From positions 160,001 to 224,000 of the forward strand of contig CAWHBU010000006.1 of assembly GCA_963827685.1 (NCBI GenBank): a DNA stretch of 64,000 nt, written 5' to 3'. The stretch comes from an uncultured delta proteobacterium (GTDB lineage Bacteria > Desulfobacterota > BSN033 > UBA1163). This document shows positions 29,608 through 40,413 of this stretch, piece after piece. Below the pieces are notes generated by a model. The model searched no databases. It was not told the origin of the DNA and saw nothing but the letters and a program-made list of their open reading frames with translations. A program made the translations under genes and the position numbers. Every line of letters begins with the position of its first letter. The first letter of the stretch is position 1.

Positions 29608-29699
29608 CTAAAGCTCCCTTCATAGAACCACACAAGTCGTAGCATATCCCCTTTGGCTTGTTAGAAAACAAACTCGCTTCAGCAGAAGATTAGAGCCCC

Positions 29700-30410
29700 T
29701 CACAGCCCCAGATATATTTCTTTAACATGAGGATTATTGATTAAGTCATTACTCTTTCCTTCTAAGGCTATTTCCCCTGTTTCAAGCACGTAAGTCCGAC
29801 TAGAAATATCCAGTGTCGCTGTAGAATTCTGTTCAACCAAAAGAGTAGTAAGACCCTCTTCAGCAATTTTCTTTATCGTACCGAATAATGTTTCTGTTAC
29901 TAATGGGGCAAGACCAAAAGAGGGCTCATCAAGCATCAAGAGCTTAGGTCTGCTCATCAAACCTCTTGCAACAGCAACCATTTGTTGCTCGCCACCACTT
30001 AACGTCCCCGCAAGCTGGTGCATTCGTTCTCCTAAAACTGGGAAGAGGTTGAAAATCCAATCGTTTATATCTTTCCTGATGCCGTCCATATCGTTTCGAA
30101 GGTAAGCTCCTAGTTCAATATTTTCTAAAACCTCCATTCTCGGAAAAAGTTGCCTTCCTTCCGGTACTTGACATATCCCCATTTTTACGATCTGGTCCGG
30201 TTTTAAACGAGAAATCTCTTTTTCCATAAAGTACACCTGTCCCTTTGTTAAAGGGACAAACCCTGATATCGCCCTCAGCAAAGTAGTTTTTCCCGCGCCA
30301 TTGGCACCGATAATACCAATTATTTCTTTTTCTGAAATCTTCACTGAAATCCCCTTAAGGACCTCAATTTTTCCGTACCCGCAATGAATATCGTTAACCT
30401 GCAGTAGCAT
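29700..30410 (-). CDS. Branched-chain amino acid-type ABC transporter ATPase (LivF-like)
   Basis: GANGAGKT, LSGGEQQM, LDEPSFGL. Confidence 0.92.
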   Translation of the reverse strand: MLLQVNDIHCGYGKIEVLKGISVKISEKEIIGIIGANGAGKTTLLRAISGFVPLTKGQVYFMEKEISRLKPDQIVKMGICQVPEGRQLFPRMEVLENIELGAYLRNDMDGIRKDINDWIFNLFPVLGERMHQLAGTLSGGEQQMVAVARGLMSRPKLLMLDEPSFGLAPLVTETLFGTIKKIAEEGLTTLLVEQNSTATLDISSRTYVLETGEIALEGKSNDLINNPHVKEIYLGL

Positions 30411-31155
30411 ATTTAGACCCTAAATAAGCTCTTATTACATTTTCGTTTTTAGCTATTTCTTTAGGAGTACCTTCTGCAATCTTTTCACCATGATTTAGAA
30501 CAACTATCCTATCGCATATCGACATTACAGCTTTCATGTTGTGCTCAATTAGCAGAACTGGGATCAACCTGTTTCTCACCTCTTGAATAATACCCATTAT
30601 CCGTTGTACCTCAATTGGGTTTAGACCCGCAGAAGGTTCGTCCAATAATATTATTTTTGGCTCTGTGCATAATGCCATACCTATGCCAAGAAGAGTCTGA
30701 CAGATGAGCGGTATATCCTTTGCCAGTTTTTCTTCTAATGGAGATAATTTGAGAAATTCAGCAATGCTCGTTGCTTTTTCTTCTCTTCCAGAGTTCAGGT
30801 AAGGCCGCCCTCCTTTCGTCAAGCGACAATGTCTAGCGATATTCATATTTTCAACAACGGTCAAGTTCTGGAACACTCTCGTACCTTGAAAAGTTCTAGC
30901 AATTCCCTTTTCAACAATTTTGTGGGGTGGTAATTTTGTGATATCATCTCCATCTAACGACATTCTTCCGGCATCAAGTGGCAATAAACCAGAGATCAAG
31001 TTATAGATCGTAGTCTTTCCCGCTCCATTCGGGCCTATTAGTCCAAGGATTTCTGTCTTAGCGGAGCAAAAACTAACATCTTTGACTGCATTAAGTCCCC
31101 CAAAAGATTTAGTTAATCCTTCGATTTTTAGAAATTCTTCTGATTGTACTTTCAT
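30394..31155 (-). CDS. Branched-chain amino acid-type ABC transporter ATPase (LivG-like)
   Basis: GPNGAGKT, ARTFQ, LDEPSAGL, IEHNM, RAYLG. Confidence 0.92.
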   Translation of the reverse strand: MKVQSEEFLKIEGLTKSFGGLNAVKDVSFCSAKTEILGLIGPNGAGKTTIYNLISGLLPLDAGRMSLDGDDITKLPPHKIVEKGIARTFQGTRVFQNLTVVENMNIARHCRLTKGGRPYLNSGREEKATSIAEFLKLSPLEEKLAKDIPLICQTLLGIGMALCTEPKIILLDEPSAGLNPIEVQRIMGIIQEVRNRLIPVLLIEHNMKAVMSICDRIVVLNHGEKIAEGTPKEIAKNENVIRAYLGSKYATAG

Positions 31156-31162
31156 TTCTTTA

Positions 31163-32182
31163 TTACTTTCCTGTTATCTTCTCCTTTAAGAATCTAAATA
31201 TTCCCATTGGTAGAAATATTAAAAAGAAAAGAAGCATCAGTCCATAAATTACCTCTCTAAGGCCCGTCGCGACACGAAGAAATTCTGGCAATACTGTTAA
31301 TAATACTGCTCCAATTATAGGTCCAATAAAGGTGCCCATACTCCCAACCACAGGCATAATAACCATATTTAAACCGGCAAGAAGCGTAAACGATACTGGA
31401 TCAATAAACAAAATATAATGTGCATATAGGACACCTGCCAATCCTGTTATACCAGAAGAAACGGTCATGGAAATTGTTTTATACTTCAATATATTTATGC
31501 CCAACGATTTTGCAAGCACTTCATCTTCTCGGATTGCTACAAATGCCCTTCCCCACGTTGAGACGCTTAACCTCTTCATTAAATACAACACAAAAAACAT
31601 AAAGAAAAAAACCAAATAATAGTAAGACTGTTTAGAATTGAATGTTAGGCCAAAGACCGGATTCGGCGGGGGAATTCCTGTTAAACCAACTGGACCATTG
31701 GTAAGATCTAAGAAGTTGTTAAAAATATCGTATAAAACTAACCCAAATCCAAGGGTCAGTATTGCAAAATGCGTACCTGTAGCCCTAAAAGATGGCAATC
31801 CTATTAAAAGACCACAAATCATACTCAAGGACATTGCGATAGGCAAGCTAATCCAGAAAGAAAAGCCAAGCTTTAAACACAATAATGTCGACGTGTAAGC
31901 ACCGATACCATAAATCGCTCCATGTGCCATAGACACCTGCCCAGTATATCCCATTATCAGGTTCAGGCTCATTGAGAGAATTACCCAAATTTCTGATATT
32001 ACAAGAATATGCAAAAAATACGGGTCATGAACAAAAAATGGAGCCAGGAAAAACATTATTGAAACCAACAACAAATCTGAATACCTTGAAAGAACTATCT
32101 TAAAGATCACAGTCTTCATTGCAGTGGTTTCTTTGACTTTTAAAGAAGCAGCAGAATAAATTTTGCTGCCCTTATTTCCCAA
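31163..32182 (-). CDS. ABC transporter permease (LivM-like)
   Basis: GYTGQVSMAH, GRAFVAIREDE; hydrophobic. Confidence 0.9.
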   Translation of the reverse strand: MGNKGSKIYSAASLKVKETTAMKTVIFKIVLSRYSDLLLVSIMFFLAPFFVHDPYFLHILVISEIWVILSMSLNLIMGYTGQVSMAHGAIYGIGAYTSTLLCLKLGFSFWISLPIAMSLSMICGLLIGLPSFRATGTHFAILTLGFGLVLYDIFNNFLDLTNGPVGLTGIPPPNPVFGLTFNSKQSYYYLVFFFMFFVLYLMKRLSVSTWGRAFVAIREDEVLAKSLGINILKYKTISMTVSSGITGLAGVLYAHYILFIDPVSFTLLAGLNMVIMPVVGSMGTFIGPIIGAVLLTVLPEFLRVATGLREVIYGLMLLFFLIFLPMGIFRFLKEKITGK

Positions 32183-33023
32183 ACAAACCTTTAGGCCTTA
32201 TAATTAAAGCTATAACAAGAATTCCAAATGCAAATGTGTCTGTGTATGCGGAAGCAATATATCCACCCCCCAAACTTTCTGCCATTCCTAGCAATAAACT
32301 CCCCAAAATTATACCGATCACACTCCCCATGCCCGCCATAATAACAATTACAAATGCCTTCAATACGGGGTAGAAACCCATTTGCGGAGCAACATTATAG
32401 AGCATGCCCAATAGGGCACCAATTGCTGCAGCAATTGCGGAACCAATAACAAAAGTAACGGAATACATCCTGTCCAAATTAATACCAGCCAAGGCAGCTC
32501 CCAAAGAATTTTGGGAAACAGCTCTCATTGCTTTACCCACCCTAGTCTTTCTAAGGAATAATTGAAGAGCTACTATCAAAATAATGACGGTAGCAAGCGC
32601 GATAAGTCGTACTTGTGTGATCGTTATGTCCCAAAAATGGTAAACTGTTTTTGAGTAGATAGTAGGAATGGACCTTATTTGTTCACCCCAAAGGATCAAA
32701 GCGATGTTTTCAAAGAATATGCATAAACCAAAAGAACCAAGGATTGTTGGCAAATGGCCAAGGTGGCGTACACGCCGATATGTCAACCATTCGTAAGACA
32801 TACCAATGAACCCCACAGTGACCATGGCTATGCATATAGAAGAAATCAAACCAAAACTATATTTAACTACAAAAAAGTATGTGATAAATGCTCCTAGCAT
32901 GTACATTTGGCCTTGAGCAAAATCCGGAACATCTAATGTTGAAAAAATGAGTGCTAGGCCTAAAGCAGCTAGGGCATATATGCTGCTGATAATGATTCCA
33001 TTCGCTATCTGTTGTTCTAACAT
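32172..33023 (-). CDS. ABC transporter permease (LivH-like)
   Basis: YALAALGLALIF, FAQG, GKAMRAVSQN. Confidence 0.9.
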   Translation of the reverse strand: MLEQQIANGIIISSIYALAALGLALIFSTLDVPDFAQGQMYMLGAFITYFFVVKYSFGLISSICIAMVTVGFIGMSYEWLTYRRVRHLGHLPTILGSFGLCIFFENIALILWGEQIRSIPTIYSKTVYHFWDITITQVRLIALATVIILIVALQLFLRKTRVGKAMRAVSQNSLGAALAGINLDRMYSVTFVIGSAIAAAIGALLGMLYNVAPQMGFYPVLKAFVIVIMAGMGSVIGIILGSLLLGMAESLGGGYIASAYTDTFAFGILVIALIIRPKGLFGK

Positions 33024-33208
33024 TATTGTTTCAAAAAACCATTGATTCTTTTATATTCTTAAATATCGTAGCCACATCCAATACTCGGGATAATTGAATC
33101 CATTTGTACTTTACGAACGGCTTATCTCAAAACTGCCCCACAGGTAAACTCTAATTCGTATTGAAACCTTAAACAAATTGAATCAAATAGTCATTGAATT
33201 TATTTCTG

Positions 33209-33265
33209 AATCTATCTCTTGCGGTTTCTCAAGGTCTCCCTAGATAATCCCGCAAGAGATAGATT
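33209..33265. repeat. 16-bp perfect inverted repeat between binding-protein and permease genes (RNA stem-loop)
   Basis: AATCTATCTCTTGCGG ... CCGCAAGAGATAGATT. Confidence 0.6.
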
Positions 33266-33355
33266 GACTCCTTTTCACCCTCCAGATGTAAGAGTAATAA
33301 ATTCGCCACTTCTCTTCGCTGGGTTTTCGCCGTGCCATTAACTTCATGGGGTTGG

Positions 33356-34549
33356 TTATAATCCCATTGGCTTTGTAAGCTTCACGAGTTCCATTTTGTC
33401 CTTGCGAAACTGTTTGATGGCTGCCCCAAAATATACTTCGTTTTTAGCGTTAAAGATTTTCCCATTAACTGTTGGGTAATCAAGGACCATCTCAGGGAAC
33501 CTTCCCAGATTTTGTAAAGCAGTTCTAATCTTCACTAAGTCGGTTACACTGCCTGCTTTTTCCAGCGCTTTGGCCACCATATAGACCACATCGTACGATT
33601 TCATCCCGCCCGGTGAGCTAGGGGCCACACCAAACTTCTTTCTGAATTTCTTGTCGAACTCGATAGCCTTCTGGTTCTTAAGCTGAATTAGGAGCTCCAA
33701 GGTGGTAGCTGCAACATCATAAAAACCCTCAAGAATGTCTGCACTTGCCACCGCTAAGAACTGTTCGGTAGTTCCGGAAGTCCAGGTTATACGATTTTTC
33801 GGTTTTATCCCAAGCTCATACATTTGCTTCAACATAAGAGCCCCCTGGTCCGGATAACCAGCATAGAATATAGCATCGGGTTTATTTGCCCCAAGTGCTG
33901 TAAGCTGAGGGTACGCGTTAGTTGCATTCAAATCAACCCAATCGACTGCAAGTTTCCTTCCTTCTCTTTTAAATTCTTTTTCAAGCATCGGCAAAATTTC
34001 ATATGAAAATTGAATTTTGGCAGCTAAGAAACCCAAATTCCGTACGCCCAAATCTTGCGTCATGAAATCAATCGCTGCCTGTGTTGTCGCAACACAACTT
34101 GTGTGGGGTCTAAATATGTTCGGATTTCCGAGCTCCGTATACCCTGAAGTAACCGTCCCCGTAGTCATTATTATTACCCGGTCGCCAATTTTGGGAGCGG
34201 TCGCGGTGATAACGTTACTGCAAACGGGGCCCAGTATTACTTTTACCTTGTCACGGCTAATTAATTTTTCCAACACAGAAACACCTTCCGCTGGGGTACA
34301 CTTATCATCATACACAACTAAATTGAAAGTATATTTTTCCCCAGCGACTGTAACCCCCCCTTTTGAATTAATTTCTTCTACAGCCATTTGCATCTCATCC
34401 AGTTGCGGAATTCCATATGTACTACCAGTCCCACTCAAAGGAAGAGTTACCCCTATCTTGAATTCTTCGGCTGCTTCTAGTGAGCCCGTAGGTAAAAAGA
34501 AACTATAAGCCACAAACATTGCTAACAAAACTATTATCCCTCTTTTCAT
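33356..34549 (-). CDS. ABC transporter substrate-binding protein (LivJ/K-like)
   Basis: Signal peptide, KIGVTLPLSG, EINSKGG, YDDKC, GPVCS. Confidence 0.9.
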   Translation of the reverse strand: MKRGIIVLLAMFVAYSFFLPTGSLEAAEEFKIGVTLPLSGTGSTYGIPQLDEMQMAVEEINSKGGVTVAGEKYTFNLVVYDDKCTPAEGVSVLEKLISRDKVKVILGPVCSNVITATAPKIGDRVIIMTTGTVTSGYTELGNPNIFRPHTSCVATTQAAIDFMTQDLGVRNLGFLAAKIQFSYEILPMLEKEFKREGRKLAVDWVDLNATNAYPQLTALGANKPDAIFYAGYPDQGALMLKQMYELGIKPKNRITWTSGTTEQFLAVASADILEGFYDVAATTLELLIQLKNQKAIEFDKKFRKKFGVAPSSPGGMKSYDVVYMVAKALEKAGSVTDLVKIRTALQNLGRFPEMVLDYPTVNGKIFNAKNEVYFGAAIKQFRKDKMELVKLTKPMGL

Positions 34550-34727
34550 TTTCTTACCTCCTAATAAATCGTGTTATGAGTCAAAGCCAAAAGTTTGTTT
34601 ACATCTCCCGAAATCACCTGTGGCCAACGACCTTTGGCAAAATTCCTACCTCCTTTCTTGATTGAAGATGAATCTTATTTCGGAATCCCGCGTATACAAA
34701 AGAATTCCCTAAACAATACTTCTCGGG

Positions 34728-37532
34728 TCATTCCCGCTCCCTGGACTTGTCTCTTATCGCCTTCAATAATCGCTCCGGTGTTATGGGAACTCTTTTTATT
34801 CTCACTCCAACCGCATCATAAATAGCATTTGCAATAAGGGGGGCTACAATATTAGTCGACGCTTCTGATAACCCCTTTGCTCCAAAAGGACCCAGCGGAA
34901 ATCCAGATTCGTCGAACAGGATATTAATATTTTCAGGTATGTCGGCAACAGTAGGAATTAAATAGTTTGAGAGGTTGAGTGCTACCGGATCTATAGACGG
35001 ATATTGCGGATACATATCTTCCAAAAGAGTAAATCCTATACCATGGGCTAATCCACCCTCCATTTGTGCCGATAAGAGCAATGGATTCACGACCCGGCCG
35101 GCGTCGAAGCAAACGGTCATGTCTGTTATCTTTATTTGGCCCGTTTCTCGATCTACTTTGACTTCGGCTGAACCCGCAGCATAAACATAGCAAGGAGTGG
35201 GTTCACCTTGACCCGTCTCAGGGTCCATATGAACCTGTGGGGGTACGTACATCCCTCTCCCCAATACTACCGCACCTTTTTTTGAATAAATGTGGCGTGC
35301 TACCTCGGCTATTGTAATCCAATTTGCTGGAGAACTACGGAGGATGATCTTGCCATCAGCAAATCCGAGGTCGGTTGGCGACGCCTCCATCAGCTCAGCG
35401 GCTACCTTGGTTAATATCTGACGAACTTCATCTGCAGCTTCAACCACAGCATTTCCAGTGACCCAAGTAACCCGAGCAGAGGCTGTTACGGTATCATAGG
35501 GAGTAACTTGGGTGTCAGTGGTAGTCACAGTAATTTGACTCATTGGAACGCCCAAGCGCTCAGCCACCATCTGAGCAAGAACAGTTTTGGAGCCTTGCCC
35601 CATATCGATTGAACCTGTCTGCAAAACCACACTTCCGTCAAGTTCAAGCTTAACCGCTGCTGCGGAGGGGTTAGGATTATTGAGAATGCTCGAGGAATAT
35701 ATAAAGGCACCGATGCCGCGGCCCTTTGCATACCTTCCTGAGGTAGATTTGAATTTCTTTCCGGGCGTATAATTTTTACTTTTCGCCAACTTCTCAAGGC
35801 ATGGCCTTATGGCAACAGCTTTTGGCCTTTGCCCTACTGCCAAGCTATCTCCCTCAACTAAAGCGTTCTTCAGTCTGATCTCTAGTGGATCGATACCCAG
35901 TTCCGTGGCGGCGGTGTCTAGTTGTGCTTCCAAAGCAAAAGTTTCTTGGGTCATTCCAAACCCGCGCATAGAACTTCCTAACTGTTTATTGGTGTATATC
36001 ATGTAACCGTCTGCCCACACATTGGGAATCCGATAAGGGCCAGTGCAGAGAGCAATAGTTTTTTCCATGACAAATGGGCTGCGGAGACAGTAGGCGCCAA
36101 CGTCTTGATAGTTAGTTACGCGTTTTGCAGTTATAGTCCCATCTCTCTTAAGCCCTATTTCATGCTTCATAATAAAGGGGTGACGTACCCCGGAGCAGAG
36201 GAATTCTTCCTCTCGGGTCCAGCGCCACTTAACAGGACGCCCGGTCTTGAGAGCCAATAATGCCACGTGCGGTTCTATAGTCATGTCATTTTTTCCACCA
36301 AAACCGCCTCCGATAGTAGGTACGATGATCCTTATCTTAGACGCAGGCTTTTTAAGAACATAAGCAAGCTCGGGCGTCCTAACGTAGGGTCCCTGGACCA
36401 CACTGTAAATTGTGACAACACCTTGTGAGTCCAATGTACCAACGGCTACATGTGGTTCAAGGTGTACGTGCTCATTCATGGCACTCGTGTACGTTTCCTC
36501 CAACACTAAATCGGCCTCTCGAAGACCCTGATCAATATTGCCTTTTCGTACCTGCACACGGTTATTCTTTCCCCAGGGGACTAGATTGCCATGTGGATGA
36601 ATTTGAATTGCATCCGGTTTCATGGCCTCCAGCGGATCGAATATGGCTGGCAATTCCTCATATTCCACCTCGATGAGTGACACTGCCTCTTCAGCAATAT
36701 CTGGATCCTCTGCCGCGACTACAGCGACTATATCCCCAAGATGACGAACTTTATCCTGACAAAGGATGGGCTGGTCCTTAACATAATAACCATAAAAATT
36801 GTTTGGGATGTCTTTAGCTGTGAGCACTGCTGCAACTCCTAACAGACGTTGCGCCTTGCTCACATCAAGCTTCCGTATCCAAGCATGATGGTGTTTGCTG
36901 AGCAGTGCTTTGGCGTGCAAGATGCGAGGAAATACCAGATCGTCTACATACCGGACACGAGCCGTAACCAAGTCTTCCCCATCTATCCGAAGTACAGGTT
37001 TGCCAACAAAAGTCAGATCAGATTCCTTCAGACCATAGTCCTCTTTTCTCTGAGGAGTGATGTCCCCACGACTGGCACCGTAGACAGCCTCAATGGGCTT
37101 TAAGTAGCCGGTACAGCGACAAAGGTTTCCTGAAAGTGCCTCCCGAATGTCTTCACGCGTAGGTTTCACGTTTCGATCTAGAAGCGCCTTTGCGGAAAGG
37201 ATCATACCTGGAGTGCAGAAGCCACACTGTACGCCTCCAAACTGGTGGAATGCCTTCTGAAGGGGATGAAGAGCATTCCCCTCACTAATCCCCTCTAGCG
37301 TTCCAACCTGGTCTTTTTCATTGAGGGTGGCTGCGAGAACCAAGCAAGATGGGACCGGATTGCCGTTCAGAAGAACCGTACATGCTCCGCATTCACCCGC
37401 AGCACATCCTTCCCGAACGCTTGTTACCTGAAGTTGTTCTCTTAATACACGCAGGAGGGTCCAGTGTTCCCTGATTTTCAGTTTTAAAAGAATCCCATTA
37501 ACAGCAAAAGAAACATCTATCCAATTGTCCAT
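34728..37532 (-). CDS. Xanthine dehydrogenase-family molybdoenzyme, fused 2x[2Fe-2S] and Mo-binding subunit
   Basis: GCAAGECGAC, QCGFC, CRC, GGGFGGK, MRGFG, MGQG, GAKGLSE. Confidence 0.92.
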   Translation of the reverse strand: MDNWIDVSFAVNGILLKLKIREHWTLLRVLREQLQVTSVREGCAAGECGACTVLLNGNPVPSCLVLAATLNEKDQVGTLEGISEGNALHPLQKAFHQFGGVQCGFCTPGMILSAKALLDRNVKPTREDIREALSGNLCRCTGYLKPIEAVYGASRGDITPQRKEDYGLKESDLTFVGKPVLRIDGEDLVTARVRYVDDLVFPRILHAKALLSKHHHAWIRKLDVSKAQRLLGVAAVLTAKDIPNNFYGYYVKDQPILCQDKVRHLGDIVAVVAAEDPDIAEEAVSLIEVEYEELPAIFDPLEAMKPDAIQIHPHGNLVPWGKNNRVQVRKGNIDQGLREADLVLEETYTSAMNEHVHLEPHVAVGTLDSQGVVTIYSVVQGPYVRTPELAYVLKKPASKIRIIVPTIGGGFGGKNDMTIEPHVALLALKTGRPVKWRWTREEEFLCSGVRHPFIMKHEIGLKRDGTITAKRVTNYQDVGAYCLRSPFVMEKTIALCTGPYRIPNVWADGYMIYTNKQLGSSMRGFGMTQETFALEAQLDTAATELGIDPLEIRLKNALVEGDSLAVGQRPKAVAIRPCLEKLAKSKNYTPGKKFKSTSGRYAKGRGIGAFIYSSSILNNPNPSAAAVKLELDGSVVLQTGSIDMGQGSKTVLAQMVAERLGVPMSQITVTTTDTQVTPYDTVTASARVTWVTGNAVVEAADEVRQILTKVAAELMEASPTDLGFADGKIILRSSPANWITIAEVARHIYSKKGAVVLGRGMYVPPQVHMDPETGQGEPTPCYVYAAGSAEVKVDRETGQIKITDMTVCFDAGRVVNPLLLSAQMEGGLAHGIGFTLLEDMYPQYPSIDPVALNLSNYLIPTVADIPENINILFDESGFPLGPFGAKGLSEASTNIVAPLIANAIYDAVGVRIKRVPITPERLLKAIRDKSRERE

Positions 37533-37536
37533 GATT

Positions 37537-38397
37537 TTAAACCCCCTCTATTCCTGCAGCTGCAGATAGAGCTCTTATCGTGTAAACACGCGCCATCTCC
37601 TTTCGGTACCATGAAGAGGCTCGAACGTCCGAGATCGGAGTTATCTCTTCCGCTGCAATATTCGCAGATGTAGCTATGGTTTCAGGGCTAATTTCTTTTC
37701 CAGCTAAGTAATTGCTGGCGGCATTTGCCAAGAGAGGTACAGGCGCTACTGCACCAAGCGATATTCGAACTCTTCTTGCCATACGATCTCCGTCCAAAGT
37801 CATGGCCACAGCGACACTGACGATCGAAATATTCACAGCATTACGTAGACCTATTTTCATAAAAGTCGTTCTCATCCCTAAGGCTGAGACTGGTATGGAA
37901 ATACCTGTTACCAAAGCTGTTGGTGGTAAGGCTGTAGCGTTAACGCCTTTGAAAAATGCATCAAGGGGGCATCTCTGTTCGTTGCCTCGTTCTTGCCAGA
38001 TAATCTCTGCACCTAAACTCAACAATGGTGGAGCTGTATCTGCAGCCGGCGATGCCCAGCATAGATTCCCTCCAATAGTTCCAAGATTACGTATGAGCGG
38101 ACTGCCCACCAACGAAGAGGAGATAGCCAAGGTTTCTGCCTTCTCACGCACCATAGGAGAGTTCGCTAAGAAGGCGTGTGTCGTAGACGGGCCAATCATT
38201 AGCGCATCACTTCTCTCCTGAATGGAATCCAATTCTTCAATATTCCTGATAGAAACAAGAACCTTAGGTTTTATTTGGCGACGGTTGATCCTAGGCATTA
38301 GATCAGTTCCTCCCGCCAATACTTTTGCCTCAGGTCCAAAATCCCCTAATATGCTTATGGCCTCAGAAATAGTCTTAGGGCTAAAAAACCTCATCAT
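37537..38397 (-). CDS. Xanthine dehydrogenase-family FAD-binding subunit
   Basis: AGGTDL, IRNLGTIGGNL, SPAAD, PISDVRASSWYR. Confidence 0.92.
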   Translation of the reverse strand: MMRFFSPKTISEAISILGDFGPEAKVLAGGTDLMPRINRRQIKPKVLVSIRNIEELDSIQERSDALMIGPSTTHAFLANSPMVREKAETLAISSSLVGSPLIRNLGTIGGNLCWASPAADTAPPLLSLGAEIIWQERGNEQRCPLDAFFKGVNATALPPTALVTGISIPVSALGMRTTFMKIGLRNAVNISIVSVAVAMTLDGDRMARRVRISLGAVAPVPLLANAASNYLAGKEISPETIATSANIAAEEITPISDVRASSWYRKEMARVYTIRALSAAAGIEGV

Positions 38398-39158
38398 CCT
38401 ACCTCCTCAAAAATTGCGACTACCCGGCACCAACCAGCTCCAGCGCCCTCAATGTTTATTGGAAAGGCAGCCACCTTAAACCCGTAAGGTCGAGGCAGTT
38501 GACCCAAATTTGCTAGTTTTTCAATGTGAAAATACTCCCGTTCCCTCCCAAGCATGTGAGACGGCCAAAGGGCATTTTTAATACCTTTCTTGTGTTCCTC
38601 CCCCATCACTTTAAATGGCTTATCAAAACCAAATCCGTCTGTACCCATTAGTTTCACTCCTTGATCGATCAACCACATTGTTGCTTCTCGAGACATTCCA
38701 GGGTGAAGATCTGTATAATCGAGCCGATTCAAGTACTGATCCGCACCGGTTCTGATCAATACGATATCGAAAGGCCTGATCGTATAATTAATCCGCTTTA
38801 AGCCGGCCTTGAGGTCTTCAACCGTGATTGCCTCACCGGCCTTTCTATGGCTAACGTCTATAACGACTCCATTTCCATAGCACCATTCCAATGGAACATC
38901 GCTGATGGTTTTGGAAGGTTTCCCTTCACAGGTCGGACCATAGTGCCACGGCGCATCTAAATGAGTGCCTGCATGGACACTTGCAGTCACTGTTTCAAGG
39001 GCTTGCGACAATCCATCTGGAAAATCATCCGGATTTACTCCTATCCTTCCTCCCAGCTGCCTAGCTCCCTCTCTGTGATTGAGGCGGTGGATTGAAATTG
39101 GCTGAGCAAAGGAGGCCTGCTCCATTGGAACACTAAGATCAAAAATTTTTGTGGCCAT
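38394..39158 (-). CDS. Cyclase-family (kynurenine formamidase-like) metallohydrolase
   Basis: HAGTHLDAPWH, RTG, GTDGFG, HIEKL; likely start MATKIFDL. Confidence 0.88.
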   Translation of the reverse strand: MATKIFDLSVPMEQASFAQPISIHRLNHREGARQLGGRIGVNPDDFPDGLSQALETVTASVHAGTHLDAPWHYGPTCEGKPSKTISDVPLEWCYGNGVVIDVSHRKAGEAITVEDLKAGLKRINYTIRPFDIVLIRTGADQYLNRLDYTDLHPGMSREATMWLIDQGVKLMGTDGFGFDKPFKVMGEEHKKGIKNALWPSHMLGREREYFHIEKLANLGQLPRPYGFKVAAFPINIEGAGAGWCRVVAIFEEVG

Positions 39159-39183
39159 CAAAATGTCTCCTTTCTTTAGAAAT

Positions 39184-40413
39184 TTACTTTGTACCACAAA
39201 TCTCATGAGCTATTTTGGTAAAAATATCGTCATCAACGTTGCCTTTTCTCAATAAACCTTCCTGCTTTATTCGGTCAGTAATCTCCGTGAGCTGGTCGGC
39301 ATTACATTCAATACCCATCTCGTGAAGCTTATTCCGAACGGCAGCTTTACCAGTCATTTTGCCCATTACTATCTTGTACCCTGGCCGTCCGATCAAATTC
39401 GGTCGTATTGGAACATATCCGTGCGATCTCCCCGCCGCGCTAATCTTATTAAAGACATCTATACTAAGGCCAGTCGAATAAGTAAAGAGATTGTCACCAA
39501 TAATCGATTTGCCACCAGGAATGGGGACCTTCGACAGATCTTGTGCAAGCTTGCAAACATAATGAATTTGGCTCAAATCGGCCCCGGTGTTAACCCCAAG
39601 AAGTATTTCTAGGTTTACAAGTACCTCTTCTGTAGCAGCATTTCCACCTCTTGTACCGTATCCACACAAAACGGTATGTACCCCGGAAGCTCCTCCCATA
39701 ACTGCTGACAACATAATTGCTGTGGCCATTCCAGTGTCATTATGGCCATGCATTTCAATAGGGATCCCAGGTATCCAACTTCGAACAGTCTTAATGATAT
39801 AGGAGGTTGTTAATGGAAGCCCGACGCCAGAAGTGTCTGCTATTGTTATCCGATCCGCCCCACCTTCGAATACAATTGCTTTGCATAAACGCTCAAGCAA
39901 TTGCAGAGGACATCGGAACGCATCCCACAGCATAACGGTCACGTTGAGTGCGTTTTTCTTTGCATACCGGGTTGCATTCACAAAATTCACGACGGTCTGG
40001 TCTTCTGAGAGCCCATATACTACATGGTTTAACCATGGATTGCAGGTATTCTCTATCTCTATTGCTTTTGCCCCACAATCCAGGACAACGTCTATGTCCT
40101 GGGTCAACCACCGAGACAAACACCTTATCTGTGCACGTAAATTCATCCGCATGAGCTCTACCGTCACTTCTTTGTCCTGAGGAGAGACAACAGGGAAAAT
40201 TTCGATACTCGAAACTCCAAGCCTGTCTATGGCCTTAGCCAAGGCTATTTTTTCGTCTGGCTTAAAAACAATTCCTGGAGCTTGTTCTGCCTCTCGCAAG
40301 GTACATTCATGAACCCATACCTTCTCTGGTAATTCCATCCCTTTCCTTACTTCTGGTAACCAATTGAACTCACTTACCCAATAGTCTTCCGTTAGACACT
40401 TTTTCTGTTCCAT
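39184..40413 (-). CDS. DRE-TIM metallolyase (homocitrate/isopropylmalate synthase-like, no regulatory domain)
   Basis: ECTLREAEQAPG, ADTSG, MHGHNDTGMA, RGGNAATE. Confidence 0.85.
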   Translation of the reverse strand: MEQKKCLTEDYWVSEFNWLPEVRKGMELPEKVWVHECTLREAEQAPGIVFKPDEKIALAKAIDRLGVSSIEIFPVVSPQDKEVTVELMRMNLRAQIRCLSRWLTQDIDVVLDCGAKAIEIENTCNPWLNHVVYGLSEDQTVVNFVNATRYAKKNALNVTVMLWDAFRCPLQLLERLCKAIVFEGGADRITIADTSGVGLPLTTSYIIKTVRSWIPGIPIEMHGHNDTGMATAIMLSAVMGGASGVHTVLCGYGTRGGNAATEEVLVNLEILLGVNTGADLSQIHYVCKLAQDLSKVPIPGGKSIIGDNLFTYSTGLSIDVFNKISAAGRSHGYVPIRPNLIGRPGYKIVMGKMTGKAAVRNKLHEMGIECNADQLTEITDRIKQEGLLRKGNVDDDIFTKIAHEICGTK

